Below are positions 18,956 through 26,631 of a stretch of 32,304 nt of DNA, one piece after another (the stretch's first letter is position 1; the number at the start of each line of letters is the position of its first letter). The stretch covers positions 1 to 32,304 of the forward strand of contig CAZJYO010000003.1 of NCBI GenBank assembly GCA_964550275.1, given 5' to 3'. The stretch is from an uncultured Chitinophagales bacterium (GTDB lineage: Bacteria > Bacteroidota > Ignavibacteria > UBA10030 > UBA6906). The translations under genes and the position numbers were made by a program. The notes below the pieces were generated by a model that had not been told where the DNA came from, searched no databases, and was given only the letters and a program-made list of their open reading frames with translations.

Positions 18956-20115
18956 AACCCGAACGCAATCATATTGATCTGTCGGTGCTTATCAGCGTGC
19001 TGATTCTCATGGTGTTAAGTTTGGGCGTGGTGTACAGCGCAAGCTCGACGTGGTCGCTGGAGAAGTACGGTGAAAGCGGGAAACTCCTCGGAAGCCATGC
19101 GATCAAAATTCTTGCCGGGTTCGGCGCGATCCTCCTCTTTATGAAGGTCGACTACAAGAAATACAAGAAGCTGACAAAGCCGGCGTTAATCGGTGCGATT
19201 GTATTACTCATTGTTACGCTCGGCCTTGGGGGAGAAGTCAAGGGCGCGGCGCGCTGGCTCCGCCTCGGCGGCTTCGGCCTTCAACCGTCGGAGTTCGCAA
19301 AGTACGCGCTGATCTTTCATCTCTGCGTTCTTCTTGCCGGAAAGCAGAAGAGCATAGCCGATTTCAAAACGGGTTTTCTCCCGATGATGATTTGGATTGG
19401 CACAGTGACAGTGTTGGTTCTCCTTCAGCCGAACTTTAGCACGGGTTCGATGATTTTCGGGATCAGTCTGGCTCTTCTGTATGTGGGCGGAGCGCGCTTC
19501 AAACATCTGTTGCTCACACTTGCATCGCTTCTGCCGCTTCTGCTTGTGTACATGGTAAGCGCACCATACCGCATGAAGCGCATCATGAGCTTTTTTGACG
19601 GCAGCTCATCGGGTGAGCGCTCCAATTACCAGCTCTGGCAGGGCATTATCGGGTTTGGCAACGGCGGAGTATTCGGACTCGGTCCGGGCGAAAGCCGGCA
19701 ACGGGATCTTTTCCTGCCGGAATCGTACGGCGATTTTGTGTTCTCCATTGTCGGGGAAGAGTATGGTTTGATCGGCACCCTCTTTATTATGGCGCTCTTT
19801 CTTGTGATTACTCTGCGCGGCATACGCATAGCAAAGCATGCACGCGACGATTTCGGCCGCTACGTCGCGATCGGGATCACGCTCACGATTTCATCGTACG
19901 CGCTGGTGAATGCCGCAGTAACGCTGGGTATTCTCCCGACAACAGGTTTGCCGATGCCGTTTGTCAGCTATGGCGGCTCGTCAATGTTGTTTTCATCTAT
20001 CGCGGTTGGTGTGTTGCTGAATATTTCATCGCAGACGGATATGTTCCCCCGGCTTCAAAGCGCCCCCGATGGGGTAAGACCGCTTGAGCCGCGGCTTGCA
20101 GGCAAACCGGCGTGA
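18952..20115 (+). CDS. ftsW: SEDS-family peptidoglycan polymerase / cell division protein FtsW
   Basis: Polytopic. RLGGFGLQPSEFAK and LPTTGLPMPFVSYGGSSM are FtsW/RodA signatures. The GTG start overlaps the murD stop (GTGA). Confidence 0.93.
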   Translation: MKPERNHIDLSVLISVLILMVLSLGVVYSASSTWSLEKYGESGKLLGSHAIKILAGFGAILLFMKVDYKKYKKLTKPALIGAIVLLIVTLGLGGEVKGAARWLRLGGFGLQPSEFAKYALIFHLCVLLAGKQKSIADFKTGFLPMMIWIGTVTVLVLLQPNFSTGSMIFGISLALLYVGGARFKHLLLTLASLLPLLLVYMVSAPYRMKRIMSFFDGSSSGERSNYQLWQGIIGFGNGGVFGLGPGESRQRDLFLPESYGDFVFSIVGEEYGLIGTLFIMALFLVITLRGIRIAKHARDDFGRYVAIGITLTISSYALVNAAVTLGILPTTGLPMPFVSYGGSSMLFSSIAVGVLLNISSQTDMFPRLQSAPDGVRPLEPRLAGKPA

Positions 20116-20133
20116 TGAATCCCCCGAAACGGA

Positions 20134-21249
20134 TTGTTGCCGGACGTGGGAGATAAAACATCGATTGTGTTTGCCGGAGGAGGAACAGGCGGACACGTAT
20201 TTCCGGCAATTGCGATCGCCGATGAAATCCGGCGGATGAGACCCTCGGCGGCGATTTGCTTCGCGGGGACGAAGGAGAAGATTGAGGCCCGCGTGGTTCC
20301 GCGGCACGGTTACGCGTTTGAACCGATTTGGATCAGCGGGCTGAAGCGCAAGCTGACAATAGAAAATGTGTTGTTTCCAGTAAAGGTGATGGTTTCGATT
20401 GCCCAGTCATATAAACTCATGAAGAAAGTGCAACCCGCAGTCGTTGTTGGCACCGGCGGATATGTCTCCGGTCCCGTGGTCTACACAGCATCATTGATGG
20501 GGATACCGACAGTCCTCCAAGAGCAAAACAGCTATCCCGGAGTCACAACGCGGTTGCTCTCGAAACGTGCAACGGAGGTTCACCTCACATTTGAATCCTC
20601 TGCGAAGTTTTTGCAGAGGAAGGACAACATCAAGGTGACGGGCAATCCCGTTCGATCCTCGATGGGCGCAATATCGCGGGGCGACGCGATCAAATCGTTT
20701 GGATTGGATCCGGCAAAACAAACCGTGCTGGTATTCGGCGGCAGTCTCGGCGCAACGTCGTTGAACGCGGCGATGCTGCGGGGGTACGGACGCATCCTTG
20801 AAGCCGGCGCGCAGATTCTCTGGCAAACGGGCGCGAAGGATTTCGATATGATTCAGCGCCGGGTAAGCACGCCCGCGGTCAAAGTGCTGCCGTTCATAGA
20901 CAATATGGAATATGCGTATGCCGCGTGCGATCTCGCATTGTGCAGGGCGGGCGCGACGACACTGGCCGAGTTAACCCTCGCCGGAATCCCGTCCATTCTC
21001 GTGCCGTATCCGCATGCGGCCGCGGATCACCAGACGGAGAACGCAAAAGTAATGAGCCGGCATGGCGCCGGCATGCTGATACCGGATGCGGATGTTGACG
21101 CACGGCTTACGGACGAAGTGATTGCTTTGCTGAAAGACGGACCACGACGAGAGATAATGGCGCGCAATGCGCGCGCACTCGGCAAGCCCGATGCGGCTGC
21201 GGTAATCGCGCGATCGATTCTTGCCATCGCAGATGCACGTCATGGCTGA
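20134..21249 (+). CDS. murG: UDP-N-acetylglucosamine--N-acetylmuramyl-(pentapeptide) pyrophosphoryl-undecaprenol GlcNAc transferase MurG
   Basis: FAGGGTGGHVFPAIAIA G-loop, GGSLGA, AGATTLAEL, HQTENA. The TTG at 20134 is the ORF-track start. An in-frame GTG at 20146 is an alternative. Confidence 0.93.
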   Translation: MLPDVGDKTSIVFAGGGTGGHVFPAIAIADEIRRMRPSAAICFAGTKEKIEARVVPRHGYAFEPIWISGLKRKLTIENVLFPVKVMVSIAQSYKLMKKVQPAVVVGTGGYVSGPVVYTASLMGIPTVLQEQNSYPGVTTRLLSKRATEVHLTFESSAKFLQRKDNIKVTGNPVRSSMGAISRGDAIKSFGLDPAKQTVLVFGGSLGATSLNAAMLRGYGRILEAGAQILWQTGAKDFDMIQRRVSTPAVKVLPFIDNMEYAYAACDLALCRAGATTLAELTLAGIPSILVPYPHAAADHQTENAKVMSRHGAGMLIPDADVDARLTDEVIALLKDGPRREIMARNARALGKPDAAAVIARSILAIADARHG

Positions 21250-21748
21250 GCAGGAGAAGGTATTCAGGTACAAGCTCGATTTCTACTATCAATCGGCGCT
21301 CATCTATCTGGTGACGCTCATCGTGTATGGCGCCATCAGAGGAAACTTTGTTGAAGCGAAGTTCGAGTATGTGCTGAATGACCCGCTGATGTATGTGATT
21401 CTGTTCTTTGTGCTGATGTCCATCGTCAGCCTGATCTTGAATTACATCCGGAACCGGAGATTGGTGATTGTTGAATCAGCGGTTATTTTTCGCAACCGGT
21501 TTCGCGAACGGCGTGTTGAGGTGGCGGACATTGAGTGGATGCACATCGGAAGGGAAATGGGCGTTCAAACGGACGGGCGGTTCCAGGTCATCGTGCTGAA
21601 ACTCGCGGGGAGAAAACGGCTGGTCCGGGTTCGCGCCGGGCGTTATGAAAGGGCGGACGAACTTATTGCCGAAATGAACAGGATAGCGGAGCGGGCGCCG
21701 AGGGGAAACAAACCCCGGTGGCGGCGCCCGGGATTTACGGATCGATAA
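21242..21748 (+). CDS. Hypothetical small membrane protein (2 TM helices plus a basic cytoplasmic domain, possibly PH-like) embedded in the dcw cluster
   Basis: The ORF fills the whole murG-murC gap on the operon strand. The ATG at 21242 overlaps the murG stop (ATGGCTGA), and the ORF ends 12 nt before murC. It has two hydrophobic helices (ALIYLVTLIVYGAI; LMYVILFFVLMSIVSLIL). These are followed by beta-rich VIFRNRFRERRVEVADIEWMHIG...FQVIVLKLAGRKRLVRV, a helix ADELIAEMNRIAERA and an Arg-rich tail. I recognise no family signature with certainty. Confidence 0.6.
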   Translation: MAEQEKVFRYKLDFYYQSALIYLVTLIVYGAIRGNFVEAKFEYVLNDPLMYVILFFVLMSIVSLILNYIRNRRLVIVESAVIFRNRFRERRVEVADIEWMHIGREMGVQTDGRFQVIVLKLAGRKRLVRVRAGRYERADELIAEMNRIAERAPRGNKPRWRRPGFTDR

Positions 21749-21760
21749 CACACGGGAAGT

Positions 21761-23143
21761 ATGTTTTCATCAATTAAGAAATTGCATTTCGTCGGCATCG
21801 GCGGTATCGGGATGAGCGGGATCGCGGAGGTTCTTCTCGACCAGAAATTCGCGATCACCGGATCAGACAGGGCCGCAAGCGACAACACCGAACGTCTTGA
21901 ATCGCTCGGAGCGAAGGTGTTTATCGGGCACAGTGCGGCGAATCTTCAGCCGGATGTTGACGCGCTTGTGTATTCATCGGCGGTTCCATCGGATAACCCC
22001 GAACTCGTTGAGGCAAAACGCCGCAACATCCCGGTGATCAGGCGCGCAGAAATGCTCGCCGAGGTCATGCGCCTGAAATACGGCATTGGCATCGCGGGGA
22101 CCCACGGAAAAACCACCACAACCTCCATGATCAGTCTGGTGTTGATGGAAGGCGGAGTGGACCCGACCGTGATTGTGGGCGGGCGACTGCACGGGCTTGC
22201 AGGATCAAACGCGCGAATGGGAAAAGGCGACTTCATTGTTGTTGAAGCGGATGAGTTTGATCGTTCATTCCTGTCCATTACGCCGACCATCGCAGTGCTG
22301 ACAACACTGGAAACCGATCACCTGGATTGCTACCGCGACCTCGACGATATCAAAGGCGCGTTCATTCAGTTTGCGACCAAGGTGCCGTTCTATGGATTTG
22401 TGGTTCTCTGTCTTGATGAGCCGGCACTGCAAGAAATCATGTCGCGCATCAAAAAGAAAATCATCACATACGGTTTGAACGGGCAAGCCGATCTCCAGGC
22501 GGTGAATATTGTGCACGATCAAAACCGGTCGCGCTTCACGGTGGTTCGCGGCGGAAAAGACCTTGGGGAAGTTACTCTGCAGATTCCCGGAAAGCACAAC
22601 GTGCAAAACGCTCTCGCCGCGATCGCGGTCGGGCTGGAACTTGGCGTGCCTTTCGCGAAGGTGAAGGCGGGCATCGAGAAATTTACCGGGGTGTTCAGGC
22701 GCTGGGAGGTGAAGGCGGACCTTCACGGGATTACCGTTGTTGATGACTATGCCCATCATCCGACGGAAATCCGCGCAACGCTTGCCGGCGCAAAGTCGGG
22801 ATGGCGCAGACGCGTTGTCTGTGTTTTTCAGCCGCACCTGTATTCACGCACACGCGATTTCTATGATGAGTTCGGAAAATCATTTTTCAACGCCGATGTC
22901 CTTGTCCTTACCGATGTGTACCCGGCGCGTGAAGAGCCGATTCAGGGAATCAACGGCGAGTTGATAGCAAATGCAGCAAAAGGGTTCGGCCACAAAAACG
23001 TGCATTATGTTCCCGACAAGAAACAGGTTCCCGGCTTCCTCATGGGCATGAAACAACCGGGCGACATTATCATCACGATGGGCGCCGGCGATATCTGGAA
23101 GTACGGCGAGGAGTTTATCAAAAGCTTGAAGAACGCCGACTGA
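21761..23143 (+). CDS. murC: UDP-N-acetylmuramate--L-alanine ligase MurC
   Basis: HFVGIGGIGMSGIAEVL, GTHGKTTTTSM, DDYAHHPTEI, FQPHLYSRT. Confidence 0.95.
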   Translation: MFSSIKKLHFVGIGGIGMSGIAEVLLDQKFAITGSDRAASDNTERLESLGAKVFIGHSAANLQPDVDALVYSSAVPSDNPELVEAKRRNIPVIRRAEMLAEVMRLKYGIGIAGTHGKTTTTSMISLVLMEGGVDPTVIVGGRLHGLAGSNARMGKGDFIVVEADEFDRSFLSITPTIAVLTTLETDHLDCYRDLDDIKGAFIQFATKVPFYGFVVLCLDEPALQEIMSRIKKKIITYGLNGQADLQAVNIVHDQNRSRFTVVRGGKDLGEVTLQIPGKHNVQNALAAIAVGLELGVPFAKVKAGIEKFTGVFRRWEVKADLHGITVVDDYAHHPTEIRATLAGAKSGWRRRVVCVFQPHLYSRTRDFYDEFGKSFFNADVLVLTDVYPAREEPIQGINGELIANAAKGFGHKNVHYVPDKKQVPGFLMGMKQPGDIIITMGAGDIWKYGEEFIKSLKNAD

Positions 23144-23958
23144 TGGATCCGGCTCAACAGCAAAAGCGCAAAAGCAAAAAGCCGGTTCTCCTCCTTCTTC
23201 TGGTAGCCGGAGGAGTTGTGGCAGGCACGCTTCTGGCCAATATCTGGAAGAACGATCTCCCCGTTCACAACATTATCGTGGAGGGTAACAGGGTTGTCTC
23301 GACCGCGGAAGTGCTCAAGCTTGCGAAGCTGGAGAAGGAACAGAATCTGTTCTCGGTGGATTTGTTTGAAGTGAGAAGGCGTCTTGAAGCGCACACGTTT
23401 ATTCGCACGGCATCCGTGAACCGTGAAGTGCCGGATAACATCCGGATCGAGATTACGGAGCGTGAACCAGTTGCGGCTGTTGCGATGGGCAAGCTCAAAT
23501 ATCTGGATGAGGAGGGGTTTGTGCTTCCGCCTGCGCGGTCAGAGCACCTGTTTGATCTCCCCGTTATCACGGGTGTTTTCAAGGCGGCCGACCTTCCTTC
23601 CGGAAAGAAGACGTCACGGCAGGACCTGCTCGACGCGCTGGAGCTCATTCTTGTCGCGAAGCAATTGGATGAAGAGCTGTATCACACCATTTCCGAAGTA
23701 CATGTTGAGCGGGGCAAGGACATGGTTCTCTACAGCGCTGAATACGGCGTCCCCGTGATTTTCGGAAATGATGCACCCGCGGAGAAACTGCTTAAGCTGG
23801 ATGCATTCTGGGATTCTTTTGTAACACAGCACGGCGTCTCGGCATTGCAGTACATCGACGTGCGCTATCAGGACCAGGTCATTGACCGGAGGAAACACAA
23901 CCCGGATGGCGATGAAGACAAAACAGAGCAAACGAATTCTTCAACTCACGATACTTAA
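23143..23958 (+). CDS. ftsQ: Cell division protein FtsQ (POTRA domain)
   Basis: Short basic N-terminus, a single TM helix (VLLLLLVAGGVVAGTLLA) and a POTRA-like IIVEGNRVVSTAEVLKLAKL...NLFSVDL...V. Canonical position between murC and ftsA. The start overlaps the murC stop (TGATG). Confidence 0.85.
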   Translation: MDPAQQQKRKSKKPVLLLLLVAGGVVAGTLLANIWKNDLPVHNIIVEGNRVVSTAEVLKLAKLEKEQNLFSVDLFEVRRRLEAHTFIRTASVNREVPDNIRIEITEREPVAAVAMGKLKYLDEEGFVLPPARSEHLFDLPVITGVFKAADLPSGKKTSRQDLLDALELILVAKQLDEELYHTISEVHVERGKDMVLYSAEYGVPVIFGNDAPAEKLLKLDAFWDSFVTQHGVSALQYIDVRYQDQVIDRRKHNPDGDEDKTEQTNSSTHDT

Positions 23959-23971
23959 CAAGGAAAGCACC

Positions 23972-25204
23972 ATGGACAACATCATCGTAGGTCTGGATAT
24001 TGGCACCACCAAGGTATGTGCCGTTGTTGCGGGGACCGATGAACATGGGAGGGTGAACATTCTCGGTGTGGGGCGCAGTCCCTCCGAAGGGATGATGCGC
24101 GGCGTGGTTACCCACATCGAAAAGACCATCAGGTCGATTAGCAATGCCGTCAATGAGGCACAGGCGCAATCCGGCGTTGCGATCAAGTCGGTGATTGTGG
24201 GCATTGCAGGCGACCATATCCAGAGCTTCCAGAGCCGCGGTGTTGTCAGTATCAGCGGTCCGGAAAACGAAGTCACACAGGCGGACATTGACCGGCTGAT
24301 CGAGGATACGAAGCGCGTTGCTTTGCCTTCCGACAGAAAGATCATCCATGTGATTCCGCAGGAGTTCATCATTGACGGGCAGGATGGCGTGTATGATCCA
24401 CTCGGCATGGCGGGCGTCCGCATGGAAGCCAGCGTGCATATCATTACCGGTCTTGTCAGCGCAGCGCAAAATATCTACAAGTGTGTTCAGCGCGCCGGGC
24501 TTGAAGTAAGCGACATGGTGCTCGAACCGCTCGCCTCAAGCTACTCCGTTCTTGATGATGAAGAGAAGGAGGTCGGCATTGCCCTGCTTGATGTCGGCGG
24601 CGGCACAACAGACCTTGCGGTCTTTGAAGAGCGCACGATCCGCCACACGGCGGTGATCGGCATTGCCGGGAAAAAAGTGACGGATGATATCCGCAAGGGG
24701 CTTGGCATTCTGAGCGAGCAGGCGGAACGGTTGAAGCGCGACCACGGATACGCGTATCTCCCCTCGGTTTCCAACAACGAGACCATCATTCTTCCGGGTG
24801 TCGGAGGTCGCTCGCCGATTGAAATTGAGACGAAACTGCTCGCGCAGATAATTCAGCCGCGCATGGAGGAAATTTTTGAAATTGCAGCGTTGGAAATAAA
24901 GCGATCGGGGTATTCCAAACATCTTTCAGGGGGTATCGTGTTGACGGGCGGCGGAGCGCTTGTTCGCGGCACCGCTGACCTTGCGCGTGAGGTGCTTTCG
25001 ATGCCCGTGAAGATCGGCATACCGACCGGCTTCGCCGGAGGACTCGTGCGTGAGATTGAAAATCCCGCGTACTCTACCGGCGTCGGGCTGGTAATGCACG
25101 GACTCAAGCATCAGGATCGCTCGGTGGTACACGGCAAGCCCGCGAAGGATAACAGGTTTACAAGCGTGACAAACAAAATGAAAGAATGGTTCGACCAGTT
25201 GTAA
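23972..25204 (+). CDS. ftsA: Cell division protein FtsA
   Basis: Actin-fold phosphate motifs VGLDIGTTKVCAVV and ALLDVGGGTTDLAVF, plus LTGGGALVRG. C-terminal amphipathic tail KMKEWFDQL. The ATG at 23972 follows AAGGAAAG and lies 13 nt after the ftsQ TAA. The ORF-track start at 23882 would overlap ftsQ by 77 nt. Confidence 0.95.
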   Translation: MDNIIVGLDIGTTKVCAVVAGTDEHGRVNILGVGRSPSEGMMRGVVTHIEKTIRSISNAVNEAQAQSGVAIKSVIVGIAGDHIQSFQSRGVVSISGPENEVTQADIDRLIEDTKRVALPSDRKIIHVIPQEFIIDGQDGVYDPLGMAGVRMEASVHIITGLVSAAQNIYKCVQRAGLEVSDMVLEPLASSYSVLDDEEKEVGIALLDVGGGTTDLAVFEERTIRHTAVIGIAGKKVTDDIRKGLGILSEQAERLKRDHGYAYLPSVSNNETIILPGVGGRSPIEIETKLLAQIIQPRMEEIFEIAALEIKRSGYSKHLSGGIVLTGGGALVRGTADLAREVLSMPVKIGIPTGFAGGLVREIENPAYSTGVGLVMHGLKHQDRSVVHGKPAKDNRFTSVTNKMKEWFDQL

Positions 25205-25270
25205 GCTGTATGGACAAACGAAAAGAGAAAACAGTTATCCCATCACACACATAAAGAAGAGGAGTTACCA

Positions 25271-26449
25271 GTGATCGAATTAGATAATTACCTCGATCGT
25301 GGCGCAAAGATTCGTGTTGTTGGCGTTGGCGGCGGCGGAGGAAATGCACTGAACAGCATGATCCACAAGGGTCTGCACGGCGTTGACTTTTTTGCCATCA
25401 ACACCGACTCACAGGCGCTGGAACGCAACCATGCGCCGAACAAAATCCAGATTGGCAAGAACCTGACGCGCGGTCTTGGCGCGGGCGCTGATCCTTCCGT
25501 CGGCCACCGCGCTGTCGAGGAAGACCGCGATGAAATCGCGCGGGCGCTTGCCGGTAGCGACATGGTGTTTGTTACGGCGGGCATGGGCGGCGGCACGGGA
25601 ACGGGCGGCGGGCCCTTGGTGGCAAACATCGCCAAGAGTATCGGCGCGCTCGTCGTTGGGATTGTGACGCGGCCGTTCCAGTGCGAAGGCAAGCGGCGCA
25701 TGCAGCAGGCCGAAACAGGCATCGAAGAATTGAAGAAGCAGGTCGATACGCTGATTGTTATCCCGAATCAGAAGCTTCTGAATATCGTTGAGCGGACAAC
25801 GCCTTTGCGCGAAGCGTTTGATATTGCGAATCAGGTGTTGTACGGCGCGACCCGGGGTATCTCCGAACTCATTACGGTTCCCGGCTTGATCAACGTGGAT
25901 TTTGCCGATGTCCGGACAGTGATGCGGGAAATGGGTGACGCAGTGATGGGTTCGGGGCTTGCGAAAGGCGAGAACCGCGCAGTGGAAGCCGCGCATGCTG
26001 CAATCTCCAGCCCGTTGCTGGAAGACGTTTCGATTGCCGGTGCCCAGGGAGTGCTGGTGAACATCACCGGCGGTTCCTCGATGTCACTCGTGGAAGTGGA
26101 TGAGGCAACCGAAATTATTCATGAGGCGGCGGGCGAAGAAGCAAACGTCATCCTCGGCGCTGTGGTGGACGAGAATATGAATGACGATGAGGTGATGGTG
26201 ACGGTGATCGCGACAGGGTTTAACCGGAAAGGAAGCGGCGTCGCACTCAGGCCCCAAAAAATTTCAAAGCCGATCGAGCGGGTGCCGTCGGGCTTTGAAG
26301 ATCTGAAGAAGCTTGAGACCCCCACGTTCATTCGCCGCGGCATGGAGATCAGCACCCACTCCGGAAATCCCCAGAATGTGCTGGACCGGCAGAAGATTGA
26401 CAAGGAGGATTCTGAGAAGCCCGCCTTTCTGAGAAAAATAATGGACTAA
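25271..26449 (+). CDS. ftsZ: Cell division GTPase FtsZ
   Basis: VVGVGGGGGNALN, NTDSQAL, the tubulin signature GGGTGTGG, and the conserved C-terminal peptide KPAFLRKIMD. GTG start preceded by AAGAGGAG (SD-like). Confidence 0.97.
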   Translation: MIELDNYLDRGAKIRVVGVGGGGGNALNSMIHKGLHGVDFFAINTDSQALERNHAPNKIQIGKNLTRGLGAGADPSVGHRAVEEDRDEIARALAGSDMVFVTAGMGGGTGTGGGPLVANIAKSIGALVVGIVTRPFQCEGKRRMQQAETGIEELKKQVDTLIVIPNQKLLNIVERTTPLREAFDIANQVLYGATRGISELITVPGLINVDFADVRTVMREMGDAVMGSGLAKGENRAVEAAHAAISSPLLEDVSIAGAQGVLVNITGGSSMSLVEVDEATEIIHEAAGEEANVILGAVVDENMNDDEVMVTVIATGFNRKGSGVALRPQKISKPIERVPSGFEDLKKLETPTFIRRGMEISTHSGNPQNVLDRQKIDKEDSEKPAFLRKIMD

Positions 26450-26456
26450 GGAGTCG

Positions 26457-26493
26457 GGCAGGCCCGTCTTCTTGCGAAAAATTATGGACTAAG
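26457..26493 (+). repeat. Diverged direct repeat of the last 11 codons plus stop of ftsZ (offset 43 nt, out of frame)
   Basis: GGC AGG CCC GTC TTC TTG CGA AAA ATT ATG GAC TAA G aligns with GAG AAG CCC GCC TTT CTG AGA AAA ATA ATG GAC TAA G at 26414-26450. From AAG/AGG onward, 28 of 34 nt are identical. Confidence 0.85.
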
Positions 26494-26542
26494 AAAGGTA
26501 ACGCGGTAACCAAACGGACGTACAGTCCCCCAGTACGCCCAC

Positions 26543-26588
26543 CAGCCCGATGCAGGAGTTTACTGTGTCGGGCTGTGTGTTCTTGGTG
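26543..26588 (+). terminator. Hairpin, possible terminator in the convergent ftsZ / receptor intergenic region
   Basis: Perfect 8-bp stem CAGCCCGA (26543-26550) / TCGGGCTG (26568-26575) with a 17-nt loop, followed on the + strand by TGTGTGTTCTTGG. The loop is large and the U-tract imperfect. Confidence 0.4.
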
Positions 26589-26631
26589 CCCTCGTACAAC
26601 GGTCAATATGGATGATCAGAAAAGATGGAAG

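Noticed and set aside
26442-26449. Programmed +1 frameshift at the ftsZ stop joining the second tail copy.
   Set aside because: This is kept only as a low-probability option. ATG-GAC-TAA is not a recognisable slippery site (tRNA-Asp cannot re-pair on ACU). The SD-like AAGGAG overlaps the site rather than preceding it, unlike the prfB paradigm. Duplication or an assembly artefact is simpler.
26455-26473. Small hairpin CGGG-CAGG-CCCG followed by TCTTCTT directly after the ftsZ stop, considered as a terminator.
   Set aside because: The stem is only 4 bp. The sequence is better explained as part of the duplicated ftsZ tail (codons GRPVFL of copy 2).
26494-26542. Checked the 182-nt convergent intergenic region (26450-26631) and the other gaps for tRNA, small RNA or CRISPR-like repeats.
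   Set aside because: No cloverleaf-compatible arms, no T-loop GTTCGAATC-type motif and no spaced direct repeats were seen. Only GGTAAC occurs twice, in GGTAACGCGGTAACC, which is too short to interpret.
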